Source of the DNA: an uncultured Pirellulales bacterium
GTDB taxonomy: Bacteria; Planctomycetota; Phycisphaerae; Sedimentisphaerales; Anaerobacaceae
Direction of reading: 5' to 3'
DNA: 64,000 nucleotides
Assembly (NCBI GenBank): GCA_964508925.1
Contig: CAZDVM010000008.1
Span: 97,774-161,773, forward strand
How positions within the stretch are numbered: the stretch's first letter is position 1; each line of letters starts with the position of its first letter. Under the pieces are notes generated by a model, which worked only from the letters and a program-made list of their open reading frames with translations, was not told the DNA's origin and searched no databases. This document shows, piece by piece, positions 18,881 to 28,089 of this stretch. The translations under genes and the position numbers were made by a program.

Positions 18881-19684
18881 TCAGCCGAATAATTCCTTGA
18901 ATTTTGCGGTTATGTCTTCGCTTTCGCAAAGGGTCTGTCCGATCAGGACTCCGCCGATGCCTGCTTTTATTAATTTTATGACATGCTTTCGGGTTTTTAT
19001 GCCGCTTTCTGCGATAAGCTCATTTCTGCGTTCAACGAATTCGGCAAGCCTCAGAACGTTATTGAAATCAACTTTCATTGTATCAAGGTTTCTATTGTTA
19101 ATACCCATGACGGAATAGCCGCTTTTTGGAAAGCCTATGAGGCTTCGGTACTGAAGCAGGATATCTGCGCCGTGGACTTCCAGTAAAACTGTCAGAGAGA
19201 GTTCGGCAGCCTTTATCATTAGATCTACAAGCTGACCTTTTTTCAAGGCATCTGCTATGAGAAGGATGGCATCTGCCCCCGCTGCGCGGGATTCGTAAAC
19301 CTGGTATTCATCTATTATGAAATCTTTTCTGAGAACAGGGATGTCCACCGCATCCTTGACCCTGGTGAGATATTCGAGCTTTCCCTGGAAATATTTTTCA
19401 TCGGTAAGAACGCTTATCGCATCGGCTCCGCACTGCCGGTAAGTTTTTGCGATTTTTACGGGGTCGAAGTCCTCTCTAATGACACCTGCCGAAGGTGAGG
19501 CTTTTTTGACCTCTGCAATGACGTTTATGCCTCGGGGGTTTTTCTTTGAAACCTCCTTGTAGAAATTCCTGCATTTGGGGAGGTGTTGGGTCGATTCCTT
19601 CAGTTCTTCTACAGGTACGGCCTTTTTTTGCTCTGTGACTTCTTTCTTTTTGTCCGCTATTATTTTGTCCAGTATGTTTGCCAA
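18881..19684 (-). CDS. trpC: Indole-3-glycerol phosphate synthase
   Basis: IAEVKKASPSAGVIREDFDP...ISVLTDEKYFQG...LRKDFIIDEYQ motifs of TrpC. Confidence 0.9.
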   Translation of the reverse strand: MANILDKIIADKKKEVTEQKKAVPVEELKESTQHLPKCRNFYKEVSKKNPRGINVIAEVKKASPSAGVIREDFDPVKIAKTYRQCGADAISVLTDEKYFQGKLEYLTRVKDAVDIPVLRKDFIIDEYQVYESRAAGADAILLIADALKKGQLVDLMIKAAELSLTVLLEVHGADILLQYRSLIGFPKSGYSVMGINNRNLDTMKVDFNNVLRLAEFVERRNELIAESGIKTRKHVIKLIKAGIGGVLIGQTLCESEDITAKFKELFG

Positions 19685-19688
19685 AGTA

Positions 19689-20084
19689 TCAGCCCGTCAT
19701 TTTCACATATGCCATTCTCAGCTGGTTCAGGGTATCGTTTAATATCTTGCTTTCTTCATCCGAGAGGTTTCCTTTTGTTTTTTCCTCAAGGGTTTCGAGC
19801 ATATCGATATTGTATCGTGCCACCTGAAGATCGGGTTCTCTTTTTTCCTGTCCTTCCAGCTGGATGAGTCCCATTGCAAAAAACGCCTGGGTTGCCAGCA
19901 TACTCAGCAAGGCCTTGAAATCACCTTTTGGAAGTTCTCTTTTTTCCTTCTGTTCTTCGGTACCTTCTTTATCTTCCTTTTCTTTTTCGGCCTTTTCTTC
20001 TTTGGCTAATTTTTCCTTTTCCTGCTGGGCTTCCTTTTTCCAGTCTTCATCAACAATAATCTTTTTTTCTTTGTCTTCGGCCAT
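19689..20084 (-). CDS. DUF1844-like acidic protein
   Basis: 131 aa. Lys/Glu-rich N-terminus, then LATQAFFAMGLIQLEG...DLQVARYNIDMLETLEEKT resembling DUF1844. Starts 5 nt after trpC ends. Confidence 0.5.
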   Translation of the reverse strand: MAEDKEKKIIVDEDWKKEAQQEKEKLAKEEKAEKEKEDKEGTEEQKEKRELPKGDFKALLSMLATQAFFAMGLIQLEGQEKREPDLQVARYNIDMLETLEEKTKGNLSDEESKILNDTLNQLRMAYVKMTG

Positions 20085-20097
20085 AATTTTCTCCTTG

Positions 20098-20580
20098 TTA
20101 TCTGTAATTTTTCATTTGTTTTTCAATTCTGCGCTTCTGTTCTTTTTCCGCAATTGACTTTCTCTTATCGTATTTTCTTTTACCCTTTGCCAGTGCAAGC
20201 TGGCACTTTGCATATCCTCTTTCGTTAAAATAAATTTTCAGTGGAACGAGGGTGTACCCTCTCTGTTCGAGTCTGGTAGTTATTTTTCTTATTTCCGATT
20301 TATGCAGTAACAGTTTTCTGCTCCTTTTAGGATCGTGGTTATTTATTCCCGCTTCGTCATACTGAGAGATACTGGCTCCCATAAGCCATATTTCCCCGCG
20401 TCTTACTCTTGCGTAAGAGCCGGAGAGGTCTGCCTGGCCGCTGCGTAAGGATTTTACCTCACTTCCGACCAGGGACATACCTGCTTCGTATTTATCCTCG
20501 ATGTTGAACTCGTGAAAAGCCTTTTTATTTACAGTTACCGGGCCTTTTGCTTTTTTGTTTTTGTTATCTTTTGCCGTCAT
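20098..20580 (-). CDS. smpB: SsrA-binding protein
   Basis: KKAFHEFNIEDKYEAGMSLVGSEVKSLRSGQADLSGSYARV matches SmpB throughout. Confidence 0.9.
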   Translation of the reverse strand: MTAKDNKNKKAKGPVTVNKKAFHEFNIEDKYEAGMSLVGSEVKSLRSGQADLSGSYARVRRGEIWLMGASISQYDEAGINNHDPKRSRKLLLHKSEIRKITTRLEQRGYTLVPLKIYFNERGYAKCQLALAKGKRKYDKRKSIAEKEQKRRIEKQMKNYR

Positions 20581-20621
20581 GGTGTTATCTTAAGGTTAAA
20601 TTTTGCGTTTTGCAAGCTCCG

Positions 20622-20957
20622 CTACCTTTGAAAAATTATTTGATGTATAACGGCAACGATAATCCACGCGGCAAAACTAAGACCCACTGCAATCCAAACC
20701 GGTTGATCTTTTTTAAATGCCAGATAAGCCGCCAGGAAAAAGAAAATACTTGGTACTATCCCTGTAAGTGCCCCGGCAGTGTAGTCGACCATTATCTTCT
20801 GTTTATCCGGGTTTTCCGCATACAGCCAAAGCAGAACAATAAGGCCTGTCAGCGGCATAACTGCGATAAGGCCCGAAAGTGACGGCAATTTCCTGCCGAT
20901 CTGCGTGCAGAAGATTATTATCAGCACGCTTATCAAAAGCCTTACAACAAATTTCAT
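20622..20957 (-). CDS. Small integral membrane protein (DUF3147-like)
   Basis: 111 aa with 4 predicted TM helices. Family assignment is tentative. Confidence 0.45.
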   Translation of the reverse strand: MKFVVRLLISVLIIIFCTQIGRKLPSLSGLIAVMPLTGLIVLLWLYAENPDKQKIMVDYTAGALTGIVPSIFFFLAAYLAFKKDQPVWIAVGLSFAAWIIVAVIHQIIFQR

Positions 20958-20975
20958 TTTTAAACGATCCGTTAA

Positions 20976-21452
20976 TTATTTCAGGAAGTTTATCGCGATC
21001 GGATACCTGTAAACCTTACCTTCGCTTGCCCTCAAGGCACCGATTATCACGAAAACGATCTGCAGAACAACCAGGACAGGCAGCAGCAATGCACCAATAA
21101 CGATCAATGTCAGTACAAAACTGATCATATAATAGATGATCATCGAGATAATGAAGTTAATCGCCGCTTTGCCGTTGTCATTGATAAACGGATGGCTGTC
21201 CTTTTTCACAAGCCAGATTATCAAGGGTCCTATCAGGCCGAATATCCCCGGAAAGATCCCCAGCAAATGGCAAAGCATTGCCATATTGCGGATATCCGCA
21301 GGTAATTTTTCACCTTCCGGCTGAGTCTGTGCTTCCGGAGTTCCCTGTATTTGTTCTTCTTTAGCTTCCTGACTTTCTTCTATTTTTTCTTTTTCTTCCG
21401 CCATAAATATTCCCTCCAAAGAGACTATAGATTTGTAATTATTTTTTAACAA
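20976..21452 (-). CDS. DUF4870 domain membrane protein
   Basis: MLCHLLGIFPGIFGLIGPLIIWLVKKDSHPFINDNGKAAINFII matches the DUF4870 core. Acidic N-terminal tail. Confidence 0.6.
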   Translation of the reverse strand: MLKNNYKSIVSLEGIFMAEEKEKIEESQEAKEEQIQGTPEAQTQPEGEKLPADIRNMAMLCHLLGIFPGIFGLIGPLIIWLVKKDSHPFINDNGKAAINFIISMIIYYMISFVLTLIVIGALLLPVLVVLQIVFVIIGALRASEGKVYRYPIAINFLK

Positions 21453-21536
21453 ACAATTTATAATGTGACAAGAAAAATAATAGAAAAAAGCGGGATATTG
21501 GATCCCGCCTTTGTCATTTCTATTTTCAAATTGTTA

Positions 21537-23999
21537 TTATTTTTTATTTTCGGAGCAGAATTTTCCCATCAGCATCATTGGTTCGTTCATCTTTTCGGGC
21601 GAACCGTCGTTCTTTGCGAATGCATCTACAAGCTTAACCAGTTCGGGGTCGGCTTCCTTGTAGCCGTATTTGTGCGAGGTATTTACTATACCTGCATCAA
21701 GGCCGTATTCGCGGGCCTTTTTGACGTAGGCTCTGCATATACCGATCTTTCTTGCCGGCAGGTCCCTGCAGCAATTGCTGATACCGAGAGAAAAGTGAAC
21801 ATCCTTCATATCGGGATCGTTTTTGATCTTTTTGATGGTTTCAAACGCCCTGTATGTAAAGCTGGGAGTACCGGGTTCCATGGGCATATCGATAGCCAGC
21901 GGGAATACCGTAGTATCGAAGAAAATTTCTTCGGGTTTAAAACCATATTTGTTTACAGCTGCATCGAAAATGGTCTTGGCGACTTCGTAAAGATCATCGA
22001 TAGTGTGCATACCTTTGGGACCTGAACCCTGACTTTCGGTGACCAGTAGTCCTATGAAGGAGTAATCATAATGTTTCTTGAGCGGCATCAGTTCATCGAT
22101 GTTGTGATCTTTTATGGAGTTTATCAAAGGCTGTTTTACTTCTTCGTCTGTATTGTACCATTCTTTCAGGCCTGCAATGAGAACTTCGTTGTTGCTGCTG
22201 TCAATGCAGATCGGAACACCTTCGCCCCATTTTCTAACCATCTTCACGTATTCCTTCATCATATCGACTGCAAGCTGCGGGTCCTCTTCGCCGAATGAAT
22301 CCAGGTTAACAGCGATGTAATCTGCCCCGTCGTCAGCCTGTGACTGTATCAGTGCCTTGATGTAATCCAGCTGATCGGATGGTTTTTTATAGGCATCGGG
22401 CCCCATTTGCTGGAGTTCCTTCATTATCTTGCCTGTTTTTGGAATCGATGCGTGAACAGATTCGCCAATATAAATGATCGGATTTTTCATAGTATGATCC
22501 TTCCCGAAAATATAATTTAACATTGAAGACGTATTTTCCAGTTCAGGGTTTCGCGGCTGATTAATTCTTTTTCTCAAAGTTTCCAGCCCGTTCTTTTCTG
22601 AAGCTGCCGCCTTGTAAATATATTCGCCGATGCATATCCGGTCAAGATTATTTCCGCACATGCCTTCAACGGTGGCATCGCCGCAGGGTGCATTGTCCAT
22701 TCCTTTTTCGCATCCGCCTATGGTGCACCAGCTGAAGTTTTCCGGCAAAAAGCAGTCGCCGCATTCTTCGCAATCGAAAAGCAGATACTTCGATACCTTT
22801 TCGAAACAGAAAAATGATTTATAGGCAAATCCTTCGCCCTTTTCTGCGCCAAGGGTTTTCATCACCTTATTAAATGCGTGAAAGCCTTTGTAGTCCGGGT
22901 CAAGGATGCTTCTGTGCATGAGCTTGAACATGGCGTGATTCAGTTTTTTCCTGTGTTTTGAAAGTTGATTCTGTTTTCCGTTCTCATCGTAAAGGTAGTA
23001 AGATTCTTCGGCGGGCCAGTACAGGTTATCTTTGTATTTTTCCCAGTCCTGGCCGATCTCGGCAGCTCTTTTTACTATTTTCTGAAAGGTTTTAAAGTTG
23101 TGCACTCCACCGATATCGGCACCGGCAGCTCCCATTGTCTTGTACATTGCCACCTGCTGAGCAGCTCTTTCGATATTTTCCTCTTTGCTTTCCGAATATA
23201 CTTTCTCAAGCAGATCGTCGCTTACGAAACAACCGGGCAGTTCAATATCGTGCATGAGTTTTGCAGCCTTGTTGGAATTGCTGAGCATGTAAACATTGCC
23301 GATGACCGGGACATCGATTTCGTTATCCTGCATGTATTGGAAAAGTTCTTTTGATTTTTTCCAGTCCCAGCCGACCTGGGTGATAAGAAATTCTGCCCCC
23401 GTTTTAATTTTCTTTTCCATTTTAAAATACTGCTGCAGCAGAGATGGTTCGGTGTATTTGAAAGGCGAAACGGCAGCGCCGGTATAAAACCTGTGAACGG
23501 AGTCAAGTGAGTCCGGTTTTGCCTTTGTAAGGGCCTTGTTGTTCATCTGCCTTATCATTCTCAGCAATCCTATTGCATCCAGTTCGAAAACACCCTTGGA
23601 GCTTATGGGTTTGTCTCCGGTTAAAACCAGGATATTATCGATGCCTGCTTTCTGGTAGCCGATGATCAAGCTTTTCAGGCCGTCTTCATTATGATCTTTA
23701 CAGCTTATGTGAGGAACAAAATGCAGACCGTCGAGCAGACCGTTTTTGTCCACATATCTTAGAACGTCTGCCGGGTCGAGATTTGCCACTCCACCTGGAT
23801 TTTGGGGAAATGTTATTGAGCAGAAATTGAAATCTTCGGGTACCCAGTCGTCTCCTTCTTCTCTGTAGCCTTCGAGGAATTTTTTGATAGGATTGAGCTT
23901 ATAGCCGAAGCCTGCTGTCAATTCCACATTTATCACAAAATTCGAATTGTCTTCAAGTTTTTCTTTAAACGTCATTTCAGTCATTACAAAACTCTCCAT
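21537..23999 (-). CDS. Fusion protein: methylenetetrahydrofolate reductase (MetF-like) + Zn-ribbon MetV-like segment + methyl-THF pterin-binding methyltransferase domain (MetH/AcsE/MtrH-like)
   Basis: 820 aa. N-term MTHFR fold (FVINVELTAGF...HFVPHISCKDHNEDGL...ILVLTGDKP). Middle Cys-rich CEECGDCF...CTIGGCEKGMDNAPCGD. C-term IAVNLDSFG...VPICIDSSNNEVLIAGLK...GISNCC...GLDAGIVN parallels the MetH pterin-binding barrel (IDSS motif). The second ATG at 23984 has a better RBS (GGAGAG). Confidence 0.75.
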   Translation of the reverse strand: MESFVMTEMTFKEKLEDNSNFVINVELTAGFGYKLNPIKKFLEGYREEGDDWVPEDFNFCSITFPQNPGGVANLDPADVLRYVDKNGLLDGLHFVPHISCKDHNEDGLKSLIIGYQKAGIDNILVLTGDKPISSKGVFELDAIGLLRMIRQMNNKALTKAKPDSLDSVHRFYTGAAVSPFKYTEPSLLQQYFKMEKKIKTGAEFLITQVGWDWKKSKELFQYMQDNEIDVPVIGNVYMLSNSNKAAKLMHDIELPGCFVSDDLLEKVYSESKEENIERAAQQVAMYKTMGAAGADIGGVHNFKTFQKIVKRAAEIGQDWEKYKDNLYWPAEESYYLYDENGKQNQLSKHRKKLNHAMFKLMHRSILDPDYKGFHAFNKVMKTLGAEKGEGFAYKSFFCFEKVSKYLLFDCEECGDCFLPENFSWCTIGGCEKGMDNAPCGDATVEGMCGNNLDRICIGEYIYKAAASEKNGLETLRKRINQPRNPELENTSSMLNYIFGKDHTMKNPIIYIGESVHASIPKTGKIMKELQQMGPDAYKKPSDQLDYIKALIQSQADDGADYIAVNLDSFGEEDPQLAVDMMKEYVKMVRKWGEGVPICIDSSNNEVLIAGLKEWYNTDEEVKQPLINSIKDHNIDELMPLKKHYDYSFIGLLVTESQGSGPKGMHTIDDLYEVAKTIFDAAVNKYGFKPEEIFFDTTVFPLAIDMPMEPGTPSFTYRAFETIKKIKNDPDMKDVHFSLGISNCCRDLPARKIGICRAYVKKAREYGLDAGIVNTSHKYGYKEADPELVKLVDAFAKNDGSPEKMNEPMMLMGKFCSENKK

Positions 24000-24510
24000 T
24001 AATGCCGGATTTTTAACATTTCAACCGATCATTTTGTTCTCCAAAACAACATATTTGCCGTTTTCAGTAATAAAACGGACATTGAAATTTGTTATAAAGA
24101 TTTTTATTTAAAATTTATAGGGTCTTTACAGCTATTTTTTATAATAATCTGGCTATATGGGATATAGGGAAAATTTTGATATGTTAATTTTCTGTTATTG
24201 TGGATAACTTGTTGAAAACTCTGATTTTTTCCACAGGCAAATGTTAATAAAATATTAATGTCACGTTAATTGTAAATTAAGCCTCATTGAATATATTAAC
24301 GGCCCGCATACTCTACTTAGTTTAACACCCCTTAAACCTTTATTATATAAGTACTTAAAACTTTTTTAACAAATAGAACCAGATAGTGTTTGTTAAAATT
24401 GTCAATTTTACTTAGGTTGCCTATTTTAACATATGGTATATCTAGAGGAAAAGATACCATAATAGAAAGACGTGGATAAGTGTTTGAATTAAGAAAATTT
24501 TTCAATTTTT

Positions 24511-25572
24511 TTATATTTTTTGCTCATCGAAGAACTGATCGAGCTTTTTTTTGAAATTTTTACAGGCCTCGATGGGGTCAGGAGCCTTAGTAATTGCAGA
24601 ACAAACGGCAACCGCATCCGCTCCTGCACTGAGTACTTTTTCCAGATTATCAAGGTTAATACCGCCAATGGCAACAACTTTTGGAGCTTCATTTTTTAGC
24701 CTTGCTGATGCTTTTTTAATGTAGTCAAGTCCGGCAATTTCGGGGATCTCTTTTGTTTCACTTTCAAAAACCGGGCCTGCTGCTACATAAGAGGGGTTTT
24801 GAGCAAGGGCTATTTCCAGCTGATTCATATTGTGAGTGCTTTTTCCTATGATCATGGGCCCCTGCTGGAGTTTTCTTGCATCTTCTATGGAAATATCATG
24901 CTGGCCCAAGTGGACGCCGTCAGCTGAACTGGCTATCGCTATATCAACCCTGTCATTTACTATGCATATCACCCCCATATCCCTGCAGAATTCAGAAACC
25001 TGCCTGCATACAGCCACCAGCTGGTCGTCGGCCGTATTCTTGCACCTTATCTGAATGCAGTCAACTTCTCCGATAGCACAGCATCTTGCCATGGAAATTA
25101 TGTCCAAGGGATTGTCGCTTGATATCAAAACGTAAAGTTTAACATTTTTGAATTTATTAATGCAGTCACCCTGCAGTGCTGCATCCTTTTCAAGAGCATA
25201 GGACCTGTATCTTAAATCTTCAAAGGAAGCGGCGATCTCAGGGTCAATTGATTGCGTGGTTTCGGCAAGGACTCTCATGGCTTCTGAAAATCTTTTGCAG
25301 GCAGCGGTGAAACTGTCATTGATATCTTTTCTGGAAAGCTGGCCTTTGACCTGTTTGCCTATCCCGACATCTCCTTCGGTATCTCTGTTTGCAAGGAGTC
25401 TGGACTGCTGGAATTTTGAAATTTCAGTGCATAACTCGTGCCTCAACTGTTTTATCCTAGCTGTCAAAAACTCGGAGTTGAGGTAAAATCTGCAGAATTC
25501 TTCCATCACTCTGGCGGCTTCTCTGGCCCGATTGAAATTAGCATCAATTATCCTGTAAATGCTGTTGTCCAT
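24511..25572 (-). CDS. thiE: Thiamine-phosphate synthase with ~150-aa N-terminal extra domain
   Basis: C-terminal 200 aa: KLYVLISSD...GVHLGQHD...VAIGGINLDNLEKVLSAGADAVAV, as in ThiE. N-terminal RIIDANFNRAREAARVMEE-type extension. Confidence 0.8.
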   Translation of the reverse strand: MDNSIYRIIDANFNRAREAARVMEEFCRFYLNSEFLTARIKQLRHELCTEISKFQQSRLLANRDTEGDVGIGKQVKGQLSRKDINDSFTAACKRFSEAMRVLAETTQSIDPEIAASFEDLRYRSYALEKDAALQGDCINKFKNVKLYVLISSDNPLDIISMARCCAIGEVDCIQIRCKNTADDQLVAVCRQVSEFCRDMGVICIVNDRVDIAIASSADGVHLGQHDISIEDARKLQQGPMIIGKSTHNMNQLEIALAQNPSYVAAGPVFESETKEIPEIAGLDYIKKASARLKNEAPKVVAIGGINLDNLEKVLSAGADAVAVCSAITKAPDPIEACKNFKKKLDQFFDEQKI

Positions 25573-25650
25573 ACATTTAAGGATATATTAAGTTAGAAAA
25601 AAATCCAATAGTAAAATAAATATTTTAAGTAAAATGAAACTTGCGAGAAA

Positions 25651-25689
25651 TAAAAAAGCTGAGCCGTCCTCCTCCGATTTCGACTCAGC
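25651..25689 (-). terminator. Rho-independent terminator-like hairpin (minus strand) 79 nt upstream of thiE; possible attenuator
   Basis: Minus strand reads GCUGAGUCGAAAUCGGAGGAGGACGGCUCAGC followed by UUUUUUAUUU. It lies 377 nt downstream of the preceding gene's stop. Confidence 0.4.
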
Positions 25690-26066
25690 GTCACCCTTTT
25701 AATAAATTGCCCTGAAAGTTTTATCGAGCGGACCATTCCTCCTCCAAATAAAACTTTTCGAATGTCCGCCCGATATCAACTTTTTAAAGCAACGGACTTT
25801 ATTATATGCAATAGGTATGCCAAAAACTTTTCTTTTTTGAATAAGCTCAAAAAAAGCCCGAAAACAGGCATTAAAGGGGTTATTAAAAAATTTTGAAAAT
25901 ATTTTTGATTGTAACAGTTTTGCGCTTTTGTTGATTTTATTAAACATCTGGTTTGTTTCAGGGTTTTTATTTAAGTAAATATCGGACTTTTACCCCATGT
26001 CTATTGTAAAGAATCCTTGTGTTTAAAAAAATAAACACCTCTGTTTACAAAAGTGTACGAAAGAGT

Positions 26067-28055
26067 TTATTTCTTTTCTTTGTCTTCGAATCTTGCCCAT
26101 GCCAGCCTATCTGACCATTTGACCAGCCACTTATCATATAAAATAATTCGTCCTTCTTCTTTTTGCCTTATCTTCATGATGGTGTTTCTTCGCCAGGTGA
26201 TAATTTTCTTCACTAACTTTTGATCGTCGGGCTTTTTTATTTCTGTTCTTTTGACTTCATCGGGGTCTTTCTCGAGATCATATAGCCATGCGGCTTCATT
26301 GGTGGGATTATAGACGAATTTTTTATCACCCTTGACGTACCCGAAGGGACTCTGCATAAGCCAGCCGCTGAAATAAACCTTTCTCTCAGGAATATTGCTA
26401 TTAAGAACATCTTTGCCCAAGAAACCGGAATCGTCGATTTTCAAACCTAATTGAGCCAGGATCGTCGGTGTTACATCAATTGAGCTGACAGGCTTAGAGA
26501 TGTTTTGCGGGTCATTACCCGGAATTTTAATTACCCACGGAACCTTGAGCACTTCATCGAAGGCGATCCTTTCATGGCCGTGCAGGCCGTGTTCGCCAAA
26601 GGCCTCGCCGTGGTCACCGACCACGCAGAAGATGGTGTTTTCCATCTGTCCCTGCTTTTGCAGTTTTCGATATAAAGTTTCAATAAATTCATCAGTATAC
26701 CTTATGGTTTTAAGATACTGGAAAATCGGCTTGCCCTCTATATCAGAGTACCATTCGGGCACTTCATATGGGTCATGCGTCACTGAGCAGAGCATGGTTA
26801 AAAGGTAAGGCCTGTTATCTTCATTTATCCAATCCAGGGCAGGGTCGATCATGGCGAATTCATCACTGCCCAGGTAACCGACGAACAGGTTCGGGTCCTT
26901 TAAGTTTTCTCTTGACCAGAATTTATCGAAGCCGAGATTATGAACCATGGACGGGCGGGATTCGAAATTTCCTTTTGCGGACTGAAAAAAGGCTGTCTTA
27001 TAATTCAGATTATCTCCGAGAATGGCAGCCAGACCCGCATAGGGTCTATCGACGGGAACGGTTTCAGCCAGGTCCTGAGATGCAGAAGGATAACGTCCTG
27101 TTAAAATCGAAAAGACGGCCTTTGTAGTGTGGGTCAGGGCTGATCTCATTTCAGTGAAGTTAACGGCTTCTTTTGAAAGCTGAGAAAGAAAAGGGGTTGT
27201 AGAATAGATGTTCTCCGCCAGGGAAGTTTTCTGGAACTGAACACCTTCCAGTATCACTATCACGATATTCGGCTTATTGTGCTGTGGATTACCTGCAGAA
27301 GTCAAATTTACCTCATCACGAAAAGGTATCACCCTTTCAAAGTTCTTATCATTTAAGATATCGGTTTCATCCGAACCGAGGGAAAAAATCTGGAACATTC
27401 CTTTTAAGTGAGCATTGAATTCCAAGCCCTCAGAGATAATGAAATTCGGTGTTTCTTTTCTTATGGCAACAAAACTCAGGGCAGTCATCAGGATAAAAAT
27501 ACAGAAGATCATTATTTTCACCGAGACCCTTTTAACATTCACCCGGGGGATCCTGGGCTTTGCGAGAACAGAAAATAGAAACATAAGTGCAAGAGCACTC
27601 GGTACCAACAGAACGACCGAAGCAAGTGGCATTTTTATAAGGTTCCCGCCGATTATCTGCAGAGCGTTTAAGGGATCGCGGAACAGGGGAAGCAGGACAT
27701 GGGGAAGTATCTGAGTTCCTGTGCGTATAATCCAGCCGGCATTTAAAACCGCATAAGTACAGATCAAAGCGGCGAAAATGGTGAGCGTTCTGTAAACTGC
27801 TTTTGTGGGGAATCGATACAGGATTATAAAAAAGAGGGTTTCTACACCCAAAAGAAATAAAACATCGAAAACGATCCAGAAAAAATACTGGTTCAACATA
27901 TCTACCCTGACTGCATGGTAGAATTTTACCCCGATGGTGAATAAAAGCGCAACAGTTATGATAACGCTGAAAGCGTTTTGTGAAAGATATTTATATAAAC
28001 GAAGGAGCAAGTGGCGGGACTTTTTCCTGATCTTTTCCTTTTTCTCATCTCGCAT
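26067..28055 (-). CDS. LTA-synthase/sulfatase-family membrane enzyme (LtaS-like phosphoglycerol transferase or sulfatase)
   Basis: 662 aa. Five N-terminal TM helices, then alkaline-phosphatase-superfamily domain (VIVILEGVQ..., VVGDHGEAFGEHGLHGH). Confidence 0.7.
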   Translation of the reverse strand: MRDEKKEKIRKKSRHLLLRLYKYLSQNAFSVIITVALLFTIGVKFYHAVRVDMLNQYFFWIVFDVLFLLGVETLFFIILYRFPTKAVYRTLTIFAALICTYAVLNAGWIIRTGTQILPHVLLPLFRDPLNALQIIGGNLIKMPLASVVLLVPSALALMFLFSVLAKPRIPRVNVKRVSVKIMIFCIFILMTALSFVAIRKETPNFIISEGLEFNAHLKGMFQIFSLGSDETDILNDKNFERVIPFRDEVNLTSAGNPQHNKPNIVIVILEGVQFQKTSLAENIYSTTPFLSQLSKEAVNFTEMRSALTHTTKAVFSILTGRYPSASQDLAETVPVDRPYAGLAAILGDNLNYKTAFFQSAKGNFESRPSMVHNLGFDKFWSRENLKDPNLFVGYLGSDEFAMIDPALDWINEDNRPYLLTMLCSVTHDPYEVPEWYSDIEGKPIFQYLKTIRYTDEFIETLYRKLQKQGQMENTIFCVVGDHGEAFGEHGLHGHERIAFDEVLKVPWVIKIPGNDPQNISKPVSSIDVTPTILAQLGLKIDDSGFLGKDVLNSNIPERKVYFSGWLMQSPFGYVKGDKKFVYNPTNEAAWLYDLEKDPDEVKRTEIKKPDDQKLVKKIITWRRNTIMKIRQKEEGRIILYDKWLVKWSDRLAWARFEDKEKK

Positions 28056-28089
28056 TAATTATGTAAATCAGCCTTAATTTTTTAAAAAG

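Noticed and set aside
21465-22025. 186-aa plus-strand ORF
   Set aside because: It is antisense to the MTHFR-fusion gene.
24000-24510. Possible SAM, THF or cobalamin riboswitch in the 500-nt AT-rich leader of the MTHFR-fusion gene
   Set aside because: I could not recognise SAM-I (CUUAUCAAGAG...), THF or B12-box consensus elements by eye on the minus strand. There is only a weak 7-bp hairpin (ATGGTAT...ATACCAT). A covariance-model search is needed before claiming anything.
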